Below are positions 1 to 8,250 of a stretch of 64,000 nt of DNA, one piece after another (the first letter of the stretch is position 1; each line of letters begins with the position of its first letter). The stretch comes from Candidatus Latescibacterota bacterium (GTDB taxonomy: Bacteria; Latescibacterota; UBA2968; UBA8231): the NCBI GenBank assembly GCA_965221775.1, contig CBDCSU010000006.1, forward strand, positions 2,016,001 through 2,080,000, in the 5' to 3' direction. The notes under the pieces were generated by a model. The model saw nothing but the letters and a program-made list of their open reading frames with translations. It did no database searches and was not told the DNA's origin. The position numbers were made by a program, and so were the translations under genes.

Positions 1-1
1 C

Positions 2-382
2 AACTACTACTTCGGCACCAACTCCCGGCGCATCCTGTCCTGCGGCGTCTACCTGCAGGAGGCCGACCGGCGCAACGGCTGCCTGCGGGTGGTACCCGGC
101 AGCCACCACGACGCGGTGATCGTCGACCACCAGCGGGAGCAGGGCATGCACGGGTCCTGGACCCAGGTCGAGGAGTCCCGCGCCGTGGACGTGGCCGTCG
201 CGGCGGGGACGGTGGTCCTGTTCTCCGCCAACCTCCTGCACGGCACCGCCGACAACGACGACCCGCGGCGCACCCGCTACTCGACGGCCTGGCACTACGT
301 GCCCGGCGGTCTGGACCTGGAGCGCTTCCGCCGCGGCGAGTACGAGGACCGCTGGACCGTCCGGAGGGCCGTCCCGGCCTGA
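2..382 (+). CDS. PhyH-family (phytanoyl-CoA dioxygenase-like) Fe/2OG oxygenase, 5'-truncated by window edge
   Basis: Frame open from base 2 (NYYFGTNSRRILSCGVYLQEADRRNGCLRVVPGSHH...LLHGTADN...R); NGCLxVVPGSH and distal His/Arg are typical of PhyH. Confidence 0.85.
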   Translation, partial: NYYFGTNSRRILSCGVYLQEADRRNGCLRVVPGSHHDAVIVDHQREQGMHGSWTQVEESRAVDVAVAAGTVVLFSANLLHGTADNDDPRRTRYSTAWHYVPGGLDLERFRRGEYEDRWTVRRAVPA

Positions 383-495
383 GGGCGTGTCACCAGGGAC
401 CCGGGGCCGTGTGCCCAGGGTGACATCCATCGCCCCGGGGGCCGCGCAGAAGCCCCGAGGGCCATCGGTGGTCCCGGAGTTGCGTTGTCCTTCCC

Positions 496-1284
496 GTGGT
501 CTCCCGACTTTGCACCTCCACCCGGCTCTGGCTGCGCGCCGCCGTGCTGCTGCCGCTCGCCACCGCGGGAGCGGCCGTCGCCGCCTTCGAGCGGGGACCC
601 TTCGCCGACCCGCTGCCGGCGCCGGGCCGGCTGGGCGCCAACCCCGCCCGGCTCGCGTCGGTCACCGCCTCCCTCTGCGGGCATCTCGTCCACGACCGGC
701 CCTTCGGGCTGCGCGAGCTGGGCGGTCAGCATCTGCTGCTGGCGGCGCCGCGCCTCGGCCGGTTGCGGGGAGGGTTCGGGCTGGCGGTGCGCGGCCCCCC
801 GCGGCACCGGGAGCAGGCGGTGCTGGCGGCGGTCGGTGTCTCGCTGACAGGGGGGCTGGATCTCGGCGCCGGCCTGCTGGAGGCGCGCCTGCAGCGGACC
901 GGCCAACCGGCCTGGCGCGGGCGGGCGCCGGTCCTGGGGGCGCGCGCGGATCTCCTCCGCCGATGGCAGGTGGAGGGGTGGTGGCACGGCGCCGCGGGGG
1001 GCCTGCTGGAGAGGAGGGGCTCCGTGCGCCTGCGCCGCGAGGGGCCGGAGGCAACCCTCTCCCTGGGGGTCGCCTGGCGGGGCCCTGCCCTGCGCCCCGA
1101 GGTGCGCCTGTCTCTGCCCCTCGGGGGGCCGGCGGCGATGACCCTCGACGGGCTCGACCGTCCGCGCCAGTACGGCCTGGGCGTGGGAGCCGGGGCGCGG
1201 AGCCTGCGCATGGGGGTGCACCTGCGGTCCCACCACCAGCTCGGTGCCACGCCTTCGTGGTCGGCGGGCAGGGCCTGCCGCTGA
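496..1284 (+). CDS. Hypothetical exported protein, probable outer-membrane beta-barrel (PorV/PorQ-like)
   Basis: Signal-like N-terminus ending AVA-AFE; NPA and PFGLxEL motifs; alternating beta-strand pattern; C-terminal HxxLGxT. Confidence 0.5.
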   Translation: MVSRLCTSTRLWLRAAVLLPLATAGAAVAAFERGPFADPLPAPGRLGANPARLASVTASLCGHLVHDRPFGLRELGGQHLLLAAPRLGRLRGGFGLAVRGPPRHREQAVLAAVGVSLTGGLDLGAGLLEARLQRTGQPAWRGRAPVLGARADLLRRWQVEGWWHGAAGGLLERRGSVRLRREGPEATLSLGVAWRGPALRPEVRLSLPLGGPAAMTLDGLDRPRQYGLGVGAGARSLRMGVHLRSHHQLGATPSWSAGRACR

Positions 1285-1350
1285 CTTTGCGGGGTGGGCG
1301 GGGGCGGGCGATCTTCTCTTCAGGACGCTGGACCGAGAAAGGAGCCCCCC

Positions 1351-1923
1351 ATGCTGCTTCGCATCGCCCTCGCATCGCTCGCCGGCCTGTCCGCCTGCGC
1401 CGAGTCGGACTCCGTGGTCAATCCTCCCGGCACCGACGGGGTCGTCGCCCCGGTGGACGAGGGGGGCCTGCGCCAGCTGGCCGACCTGTCCGGCTCCTTC
1501 GCCGAGCGTTTCCGCATCGTCGGCGACGGTCTCGAGGTCACCGGACCCGGGCAGGAGATCAGCCTCATCTTCGAGGTCGACGGCGCCGACCAGCTGCGGC
1601 AGTTCGACATGAAGCTGGAGGCCGAGCCCGCGGCCGCCTTCGACCTGGAGAACGCCGAGGCCACCCTGGAGACGCCCTTCGTCACCCCAGCCCCCAACGG
1701 AGTGGTGGTGACCGGCGCCGAAGTGCGGGTCCTGGGAGCCAGCCTGACCACCTCGGTCAGCGGCAGCCAGGTCCTGGCGACGCTGCGGGTCCGCACCGCC
1801 TCCGGGTACGACGCCTCCAGCGAGGTCCGGCTGGTCCTCACCAGTTTGTCCCTCGGACCCAGCTCCGGCGAGCGCGACGAGTACGACTCCGACCTGGGCG
1901 TGGGGATCACCCTCAAGCACTAG
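1351..1923 (+). CDS. Lipoprotein with cohesin-like beta-sandwich
   Basis: RBS AAAGGAG before ATG 1351; lipobox LSAC; acidic beta-rich body with a cohesin-like SGSQVLATLRV strand. Confidence 0.6.
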   Translation: MLLRIALASLAGLSACAESDSVVNPPGTDGVVAPVDEGGLRQLADLSGSFAERFRIVGDGLEVTGPGQEISLIFEVDGADQLRQFDMKLEAEPAAAFDLENAEATLETPFVTPAPNGVVVTGAEVRVLGASLTTSVSGSQVLATLRVRTASGYDASSEVRLVLTSLSLGPSSGERDEYDSDLGVGITLKH

Positions 1924-1950
1924 CGCGGCTGGCGCAGGTGCCTGCGGCCG

Positions 1951-1979
1951 TTGACGATATGACGGCCGGGGGTTACGTT
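1951..1979 (+). promoter_or_regulatory. Sigma70-type promoter for tRNA-Ala
   Basis: TTGACG (1951-1956), 17-bp spacer, TACGTT (1974-1979), 15 bp upstream of the tRNA. Confidence 0.65.
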
Positions 1980-1994
1980 CTGAGCCTTCCTTGG

Positions 1995-2070
1995 GGGGCT
2001 GTAGCTCAGTTGGGAGAGCGCCTGAATGGCATTCAGGAGGTCAGGGGTTCGATTCCCCTCAGCTCCACCA
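1995..2070 (+). tRNA. tRNA-Ala (GGC)
   Basis: 76-nt cloverleaf GGGGCTG...CAGCTCCACCA; anticodon arm CCTGA-ATGGCAT-TCAGG; T-loop GTTCGATTC; G3:U70 Ala identity pair; encoded CCA. Confidence 0.98.
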
Positions 2071-2343
2071 TCGTAAGACTCTCCGATTGTCACACCGGTC
2101 AGGCCATGCTGTGATGGTGGCTTGGCCGTTCGTATTCCAAGACCCAGTGTCCGGAGGCTGGCGTCAGGCCCTGCCGTGGGGTCTGGCCTGCGGTGGAATG
2201 CGGGCAGGGTGTATCGCAAGGGAATCGAAGGACCGCCGAAGGCACCCCTGCCGGAGCTGGCCGCGCTCCGGAAAGCTGCAACGCACGAAGAGCCCCGCCC
2301 GGGCACTGCTCGCCGGGACTCGCAAGAGGGGGTCAGGGGGCGA

Positions 2344-2742
2344 TCATGAGCCCGATGGAGTCACACCTGAGGCGGCGGCGAGGGCCTGATCGAAGGTCCG
2401 GACCTCCCGCACGCCGCGGCGCCGGCAGCTGGCCAGGTGACAGAGGTCCCTGGCGCCCAGGGCGGGATGCTGCTCGTGGAGCTGCCGCGCCAGGGTGACG
2501 TCCTCCTGCTCCAAGGGCCACACTTCCACGCGGGATCCGGTAATCAGCGCCAGGGCTGCGTCGAGAGTCTGCTTCCGCCCCACGGGCAGGTAGGCGTGGG
2601 CCAACTCCTGCAGCACTTCCGCCGAGGTGCACAAAGGGGTCCGAGAGCGGATGCACCCGGCGAAGAACTCCCGCGCCGTGGAGCGGAGAGGATGGGGACG
2701 GCCAACGGCGTACATGAAGACGTTGGTATCGACGAAGATCAC
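2344..2742 (-). CDS. vapC: VapC-family PIN-domain toxin
   Basis: IFVDTNVF, EVLQEL, RDLCHLA and TFD PIN motifs; 4-nt overlap with the upstream antitoxin gene. Confidence 0.9.
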   Translation of the reverse strand: MIFVDTNVFMYAVGRPHPLRSTAREFFAGCIRSRTPLCTSAEVLQELAHAYLPVGRKQTLDAALALITGSRVEVWPLEQEDVTLARQLHEQHPALGARDLCHLASCRRRGVREVRTFDQALAAASGVTPSGS

Positions 2743-3014
2743 GTGCTGGAGAGACCCCGCTGACGTGATTCATCGATGACGGCCCGGTGCTGCTCCCAAT
2801 CCGGTTCTCGCCCGGGGCCTTCGAGCGCGTCACAGGCGCGGAAAAATCCCTCGAGGTCTTCCTGTGATCTGAAGGCGTGGAGCCTCTGCTGCTCCTTCAG
2901 ACGCTGATGGGCAGCGCTCCTGAGCCAGGCGCTCAGGGTCATGCCCTCCGTCTGCGCCTGATGGACGAAGCGGTCCCGGTCCTCGTCGGGAATCACGAGC
3001 TGAACCCTGGCCAT
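2739..3014 (-). CDS. vapB: Antitoxin (RHH/CopG-like VapB)
   Basis: 91 aa, RVQLVIP...GMTLSAWLR RHH-like pattern, coupled to vapC. Confidence 0.75.
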   Translation of the reverse strand: MARVQLVIPDEDRDRFVHQAQTEGMTLSAWLRSAAHQRLKEQQRLHAFRSQEDLEGFFRACDALEGPGREPDWEQHRAVIDESRQRGLSST

Positions 3015-3032
3015 TCTTTCCGTCTCCTGTGT

Positions 3033-3061
3033 AAGTATGTGTATGAATAATACACATACTT
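3033..3061. promoter_or_regulatory. Probable VapBC autoregulatory operator (perfect 12-bp inverted repeat)
   Basis: AAGTATGTGTAT-gaata-ATACACATACTT, AT-rich, directly upstream of the antitoxin RBS. Confidence 0.75.
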
Positions 3062-3068
3062 CCTGGAG

Positions 3069-4123
3069 TCAACCCCGCGCCACCTCCACAGTTCGCCCCG
3101 TCCGCCCGGACTCGACAGCGGCGAACACCGTAGCGGCGATCGCCCGGCTCTCCCGCGCCCCCATCAGGGTGTCCGACCCCGTGTCGATAGCCCGGGCGAA
3201 GTCGTCCAGCAGGCGGCCCTCGTAGTCCGCCCCCACGCGCCGCTGGCGGTGGTCCTCCGGCTTCAGGGATCTGGCATAGACCGAGACCTCGGGCCGAGGC
3301 TCGGCGGCGACGAAGGCGCCCCGGGTCCCGAGGATGTGCAGCCGCAACTCGCCGATGTTGGGGTGGGAGGGCTCCCCGATGCGGCCGATGCACAGGGAGC
3401 CCGGGGTGCCGTCCTCCATCTCGAGCGTCACCGAGGCCAGGTCCTCCACGCCGCGGTCGGCGTGGCGCTGGAAGAAGTGGGCGGTGGTCCGGGCGAAGAC
3501 GCGCCGGACGGGGACGCCGAGGAGGGCGTGGAAGTAGGCGAGGGGGTAGATCCCCTCGACGGTCAGCTCGCCCAGGACCTCGTGGCCGAGGGGGATCTCT
3601 TCCGGCTCGCCGGAGCCGAGGAGGACACCGGCGTCCTTGGCGAAGAAGAAGTCCACATGGACGGCGCGGGGATCGCCGAGGCTGCCCCCGGCGAGGACTT
3701 CCCGCGCCTGCAGGATGGAGGGGAAGGTGTTGCGGTTCCACATGAGGAACCGCACGTCCGCCTCTTCCACCGCCGCCACCACGCGGTCGCACTCGGCCAG
3801 GGTCAGGGCCATCGGCTTGTCCTGGACGATGTGCAGGCCGGCCTCGGCGGCGGTCGCGCTCAACCGCGCGTGGCGGCCGGTCTCCGGGGTGACGCAGGCG
3901 ACCCGTGGCCGATACCGGTCCAGGGCCGCGGATACCCCGCGCACGTACGGGAGGCCGAAGGCGGAGGACGCGGCCTCGTTGCGTTCGTGCACCCAGTCGG
4001 GCGCCTCTTCCTCGTCGGCAGGGCCACCAGCTCGAAGCGGGGATGCGCTGCCAGGGCCTGCACGATGTAGAGGTGCTTCACCCCGCCCAGGACCAGGACC
4101 GGCAGCACCTCAGGCGCGCTCAT
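3069..4123 (-). pseudogene. Gfo/Idh/MocA oxidoreductase with a one-base frameshift near 4019 (pseudogene or assembly error)
   Basis: The N-terminal Rossmann part (MSAPEVLPVLVLGG...FELVAL) switches frame into ADEEEAPDWVHERN...DKPMA; adding one G restores LVALADEEE. Confidence 0.75.
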
Positions 4124-5087
4124 ACCGCCCTCCGGACAGCCGGAAGGCCGCCCCCGCGGACCACGAGGCGACAGCCGCCTCCGCCACCCTGAGCACCGCC
4201 GCTTCGTCCTCGCCGCTCACGGCTGGTTCCCGCCCCTCGCCGACGGCCGCGGCGAATTCCGACAGCACCAGGGCGGACACCGATTCATCCGGTTCGGTGA
4301 GCACCGCCTGGGCCCGGCCCCCGCCGTAGAGCAGCTGCGCGTTGTGGTGGTCGTCGGCGTGAGCGGCTCCGAGGGACCCGATCAGGGCCAGGGAGCGGTA
4401 CCCGTCGCCGGGCGGCAGACCGTGAGAGATGTCGATGAGGGCCATGCCCCCGCCCTCGAAGCCGAGGTGTACCTGGAGGTACTCCGTCTCGGTGAGACTG
4501 GCCGCCCCGGGTGGCCGAACCGCGGCGAAGACGTGGGTCGGCAGGCCGTCGAATACCCACAGCGCCAGGTCGAGGGCGGCCAGTGCGCGGAGGAGGGCGT
4601 TCCCGTTCTCCTGCCCGGCCGGAGACCAGTGGTGGATGCGAAGCAGCCCCGGCCGCCCCAGCTCACCCTCGTCGAGGCTGGCCTTGACGGCGCGGCAGTC
4701 CGCCCGGAAGCGGTCGCCGTGGGCGGGCATGAGCCTGACCCCGGAGGCGCGTGCGGTTGCGGCGGTCCCTTCGGCTTCTTCGGCACCGGCCGCCAGGGGC
4801 GGCTCGACGAGGACATGCTTGCCGGCGGCGACCGCGCCTTCGACGAGAGAGCCTCGCGCCGCAAGGGGCACGGTGACGACGACGGCGTCGACGGCGTCAG
4901 CGGCGGCGTCGAGCAGTTCGTCGAGCGATGCCGTCCGGAGCGTGACCCCGGCAGAGAGGGCCGCCCGGGCCGCCCGCCCGGAGTCCGGGTCGGCTACGGC
5001 GGCGACCTCCACGTCGGGGAGGTGCCGCGCCGCCTCGAGGTAGGGCGCGGCTCTCGCGCCGCAACCGATGAGGGCCATGCGGAGCAT
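4110..5087 (-). CDS. Gfo/Idh/MocA oxidoreductase
   Basis: MALIGCG Rossmann motif; AGKHVLVEPPLA. Confidence 0.85.
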   Translation of the reverse strand: MLRMALIGCGARAAPYLEAARHLPDVEVAAVADPDSGRAARAALSAGVTLRTASLDELLDAAADAVDAVVVTVPLAARGSLVEGAVAAGKHVLVEPPLAAGAEEAEGTAATARASGVRLMPAHGDRFRADCRAVKASLDEGELGRPGLLRIHHWSPAGQENGNALLRALAALDLALWVFDGLPTHVFAAVRPPGAASLTETEYLQVHLGFEGGGMALIDISHGLPPGDGYRSLALIGSLGAAHADDHHNAQLLYGGGRAQAVLTEPDESVSALVLSEFAAAVGEGREPAVSGEDEAAVLRVAEAAVASWSAGAAFRLSGGRYERA

Positions 5088-5136
5088 CGGCGCCGCCGGC
5101 TGTTTCAGGGATGGTCCGCGACCGCCCGCGGAGGGC

Positions 5137-6012
5137 TCACCGGTCCCAGCGCTCGGGAGCGATCGACGGCGCGTCCGACCTCATGCCCACCGGCTTGTGG
5201 GGCTGCTCCCAGTCGACGCCGGATGTGTTGAGGCTCTGCAGGAAGCGCCGGGCCACCGCCGGCGCCGCCGCCACCAGCTCCGGATCCCACTCCTCCATCG
5301 GCTGGATGGGACCCGCCCAGGCGGGGCGGTAGCCGAGCTGTATCAGCGTGCGCTGCGAGTCGGCCCGGTTGGGATGGGTGCCGTGGAAGATGTTGACGGG
5401 GAAGACGACGGCGGTCCCCGCTTTCGCGCAGATGGTCCGCTCGCCCGGGTGCGAGGTGTAGCGCACGTAGGGGTTGGCGTCGGCGTGGAAGGAGAGGTGG
5501 GAGCGCGGCAGGACGCGCAGGGGCGCCCGCTCCGGCGTGAGATCGTCGAGGTAGTAGAGCACGCGCAGCAACCTGGGAGAGCTGCCCTCGTACCCGAAGA
5601 TCGAGGAGCCGAAGGGCTGGCCGTCGGTGTGCAGGGAGATGGGGGGCGAACCGGCCAGGGTGCGCGTGAACAGCCCGCGGGTGAAGACGATGTCCTCCCC
5701 GCAGAGGGCTTCGAGGAACTCGACCACGGGGGGGTTGGCGATCACCTCCGCCAACGCCGGGCTGTACCACTGAGGCTCCTTGTGGAAGGTCTGGCAGTCG
5801 CTGTAGTCCTTGGTCCCCATGGGCGCGTCGGCCATCTCCTGGTTGATGCGGTCCATGTGGGCCGTGTCCAGGACGTCGGGTAGGACCACGTACCCCTCGA
5901 CCTCGAGGTGGCGCATCTTCTCGCCCAGGGTCATCGAGCCGTAGTCGGTCTCGTCGACGTTCATGAAGCCGATCGCCTCGGAGGCATCGTAGTTCAGGTC
6001 GCGCTTGGCCAT
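5137..6012 (-). CDS. PhyH-family Fe/2OG oxygenase
   Basis: EGYVVL, LHTDG (HxD), VLPRSH, FHGT...R. Confidence 0.85.
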   Translation of the reverse strand: MAKRDLNYDASEAIGFMNVDETDYGSMTLGEKMRHLEVEGYVVLPDVLDTAHMDRINQEMADAPMGTKDYSDCQTFHKEPQWYSPALAEVIANPPVVEFLEALCGEDIVFTRGLFTRTLAGSPPISLHTDGQPFGSSIFGYEGSSPRLLRVLYYLDDLTPERAPLRVLPRSHLSFHADANPYVRYTSHPGERTICAKAGTAVVFPVNIFHGTHPNRADSQRTLIQLGYRPAWAGPIQPMEEWDPELVAAAPAVARRFLQSLNTSGVDWEQPHKPVGMRSDAPSIAPERWDR

Positions 6013-6033
6013 GTCGATTCTCCGGTGGAGGGC

Positions 6034-7509
6034 TCAGTCGCGGGCGCCGCGAGTCCGCAACATCGCCGCGAGTTCCTCGTCTCCGCGCTCGAGGGCGGCG
6101 GAGAGGGGGGTGGCGCCGTCGTTGGCGGCGGCGTTGCTGTCGACGCCGTGGGCGGCCAGCAGGTCGAGGAGCTGCTCGCAGGAGGGCCCGGCAGCGACGG
6201 CGTGGAAGAGGGTGTGTCCGCCGGCGCCGCGAGCCCTGGCCAGCCCCGGGTCGGCCTCCAGGACCTCGGCCAGCTGGCTCACCCGTCCGAAGGCCGCCAG
6301 GTCGAAGGCGTTGCGGCTGTGATCGAGCAGCAGATCGCGCAGCTCGAAGTGGCCGGCGTGGTTGGCGAAGCCGACGGGCGTGGCATTGTGGTCGCGCTCG
6401 CGGATCTCGCAGCTGGCTCCGTGGTCCAGGAGAAGCTGAACGACCTCGGCGTTGTTGGACCAGGCCGCCTCGTGGAGGGGGACGCGGCCGTTCTCCTGCG
6501 GTGCGTTCGGGTCGGCGCCCAGGGCCAGCATCAGCCGGATCGTCGCGGCGTTGTTGACCGCTTCCAGCAGCAGGGCCGGGTTGTCGATCATGCCGGGCTC
6601 CACCTCCAGCAGCTGTCGAGCGGCGCTCTCGTCGCCGCTCATCACGGCGGCGGTGAACCGGTCTTCGGCGGAGAGCTCCCGGGCCTCGGCGCCGTGCTCG
6701 ACCAGCCTCGCCGCGATCTGCGGATGGCCGCGGAGCAGGGCGTTCTCGTAGTTGGAGCGGCCGTTGTAGATGTCCGCGGCGTCGACATCGGCGCCGTGCT
6801 CCAGCAGCAGCGACACCCGTTGCGCCATGCCCATCTTCACCGCCTGGCAGAGCTGGTAGTCCAGGGTCCGGATCGGCGGGTCGCCGTCGGGATCGACCAC
6901 GTCGGCTGCCTTCAGCCCGTGCGCCAACAGCAGCTCCAGCCACTCGTCATCCGGCGTGAACATGGTGTTGTAGAGACCCTGGGCATCGTTCGGGTCGGCG
7001 CCGGCGTCGAGCAGGATCCCGGCCAGTTCCCGAGCCCGCGCGTGCGGCGGCTGCTGGAGGAGGCCCTCCTCCCCCTCGCCCATGGCCCCGGTGAGGCCCG
7101 ACCAGCGCCAGCCTCCCAACTTCCGGTCCACCAGGAAGGTGTTGCCGTCGGCGCCGGCGGCCAGCAGCACCTCGAGGGCGGCCACGGCGTCGCGCTCCGG
7201 GGGGTCCTCCGGTATCCGGCTGTAGCAGACGTAGAGCAGGGGCGGCCAGTCGCGGGGACCGCCGGCGGCGACGGCGGCGGAACTGTCCGCCGACAGGTGC
7301 TCGCGCAGAGCCTTCACGTCGAAGGCGGCAGCGGCGGCATGGCAGCTGGCGGCGGTGACCTCCGGGGACTCGGCGAGCATCCGCGCCGCCTGCTCGCGGC
7401 GGCTGACGTGATCGACGCCGAAGTAGGCCAGGCAGGCCAGGTCGGCGAAGCGGTCGGCCCCTTCGCGCAGGGATGTCGACTGGGTGCCGGCCGGTGAGTC
7501 GTTGGACAT
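6034..7509 (-). CDS. Ankyrin-repeat protein
   Basis: Repeated LLxxGADPN, PLHEAA and TPLSAA ankyrin motifs. Confidence 0.9.
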   Translation of the reverse strand: MSNDSPAGTQSTSLREGADRFADLACLAYFGVDHVSRREQAARMLAESPEVTAASCHAAAAAFDVKALREHLSADSSAAVAAGGPRDWPPLLYVCYSRIPEDPPERDAVAALEVLLAAGADGNTFLVDRKLGGWRWSGLTGAMGEGEEGLLQQPPHARARELAGILLDAGADPNDAQGLYNTMFTPDDEWLELLLAHGLKAADVVDPDGDPPIRTLDYQLCQAVKMGMAQRVSLLLEHGADVDAADIYNGRSNYENALLRGHPQIAARLVEHGAEARELSAEDRFTAAVMSGDESAARQLLEVEPGMIDNPALLLEAVNNAATIRLMLALGADPNAPQENGRVPLHEAAWSNNAEVVQLLLDHGASCEIRERDHNATPVGFANHAGHFELRDLLLDHSRNAFDLAAFGRVSQLAEVLEADPGLARARGAGGHTLFHAVAAGPSCEQLLDLLAAHGVDSNAAANDGATPLSAALERGDEELAAMLRTRGARD

Positions 7510-7585
7510 GGAGGAATTTCCTGTTGGCGATTGTCGGGCGCGGATTTTAGGTTCGGGGCGACGGCCAGGTCAAAGGAGGAAGAGG

Positions 7586-8230
7586 ATGCGAGTTGTCATT
7601 CTGTCAGGCGAGAACCACGGCTTCGACCAGAGCGCCGCGGTGATCCACCGGTTCCTCGATTCGGCCGATGACGTGGAGGTCCGACTCGACAGCGACAAGG
7701 AGATCCTCACCTCCCCGTCCCTGCGCGAGTTCGATGTCCTGGTCTTCGGCACCGGGTTCACGCGCGCCGTGGTGGGGCCCGACGGCGAGGTCGTCCGCGA
7801 ACGCGACCTCACGCCGGACCAGGAGGACGGGCTCTTCGACTACGTCGCCGCCGGCAAGGGCCTGGTCGGCGTCCACGGCACCGCCTGGTGGGTGGACGCG
7901 CGCGCCGTCACCCTCCTCGGCGGCCACGCCAACTGGCACCCGCCGGGACTGACCTTCACGGTGAACATCGAGGATTCGACCCACCCCGTGACCCAGGGCC
8001 TCTCCGACTTCGAGGTGGAGGACGAGATCTACATGTCCGCCTGGGATCCCGGCCTGCGGATCCTGGCCACCGCCGAGTGGAGCGGCAAGCAGCATCCCAT
8101 GGCCTGGGTCCGGTCCTACGAGGCCGGACGGGTGTTCTACACCACCCTGGGCCACACGTCCGACACCTTCCGCCGCCCCGCCATGCAGCGGCTCATCACC
8201 CAGGGCGTGCGCTGGGCGGGCTCGAACTGA
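7586..8230 (+). CDS. ThuA-like domain protein (class I glutamine amidotransferase-like fold)
   Basis: RBS AAAGGAGG; GKGLVGVH, DEIY, GRVFYTTLGH motifs. Confidence 0.85.
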   Translation: MRVVILSGENHGFDQSAAVIHRFLDSADDVEVRLDSDKEILTSPSLREFDVLVFGTGFTRAVVGPDGEVVRERDLTPDQEDGLFDYVAAGKGLVGVHGTAWWVDARAVTLLGGHANWHPPGLTFTVNIEDSTHPVTQGLSDFEVEDEIYMSAWDPGLRILATAEWSGKQHPMAWVRSYEAGRVFYTTLGHTSDTFRRPAMQRLITQGVRWAGSN

Positions 8231-8250
8231 CCCCGCGGGACCGAGATGGC

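Noticed and set aside
2185-2270. Cobalamin, glycine or c-di-GMP riboswitch after the tRNA
   Set aside because: Only fragments such as GCCGAAGG match; core motifs are missing and no co-oriented gene lies downstream.
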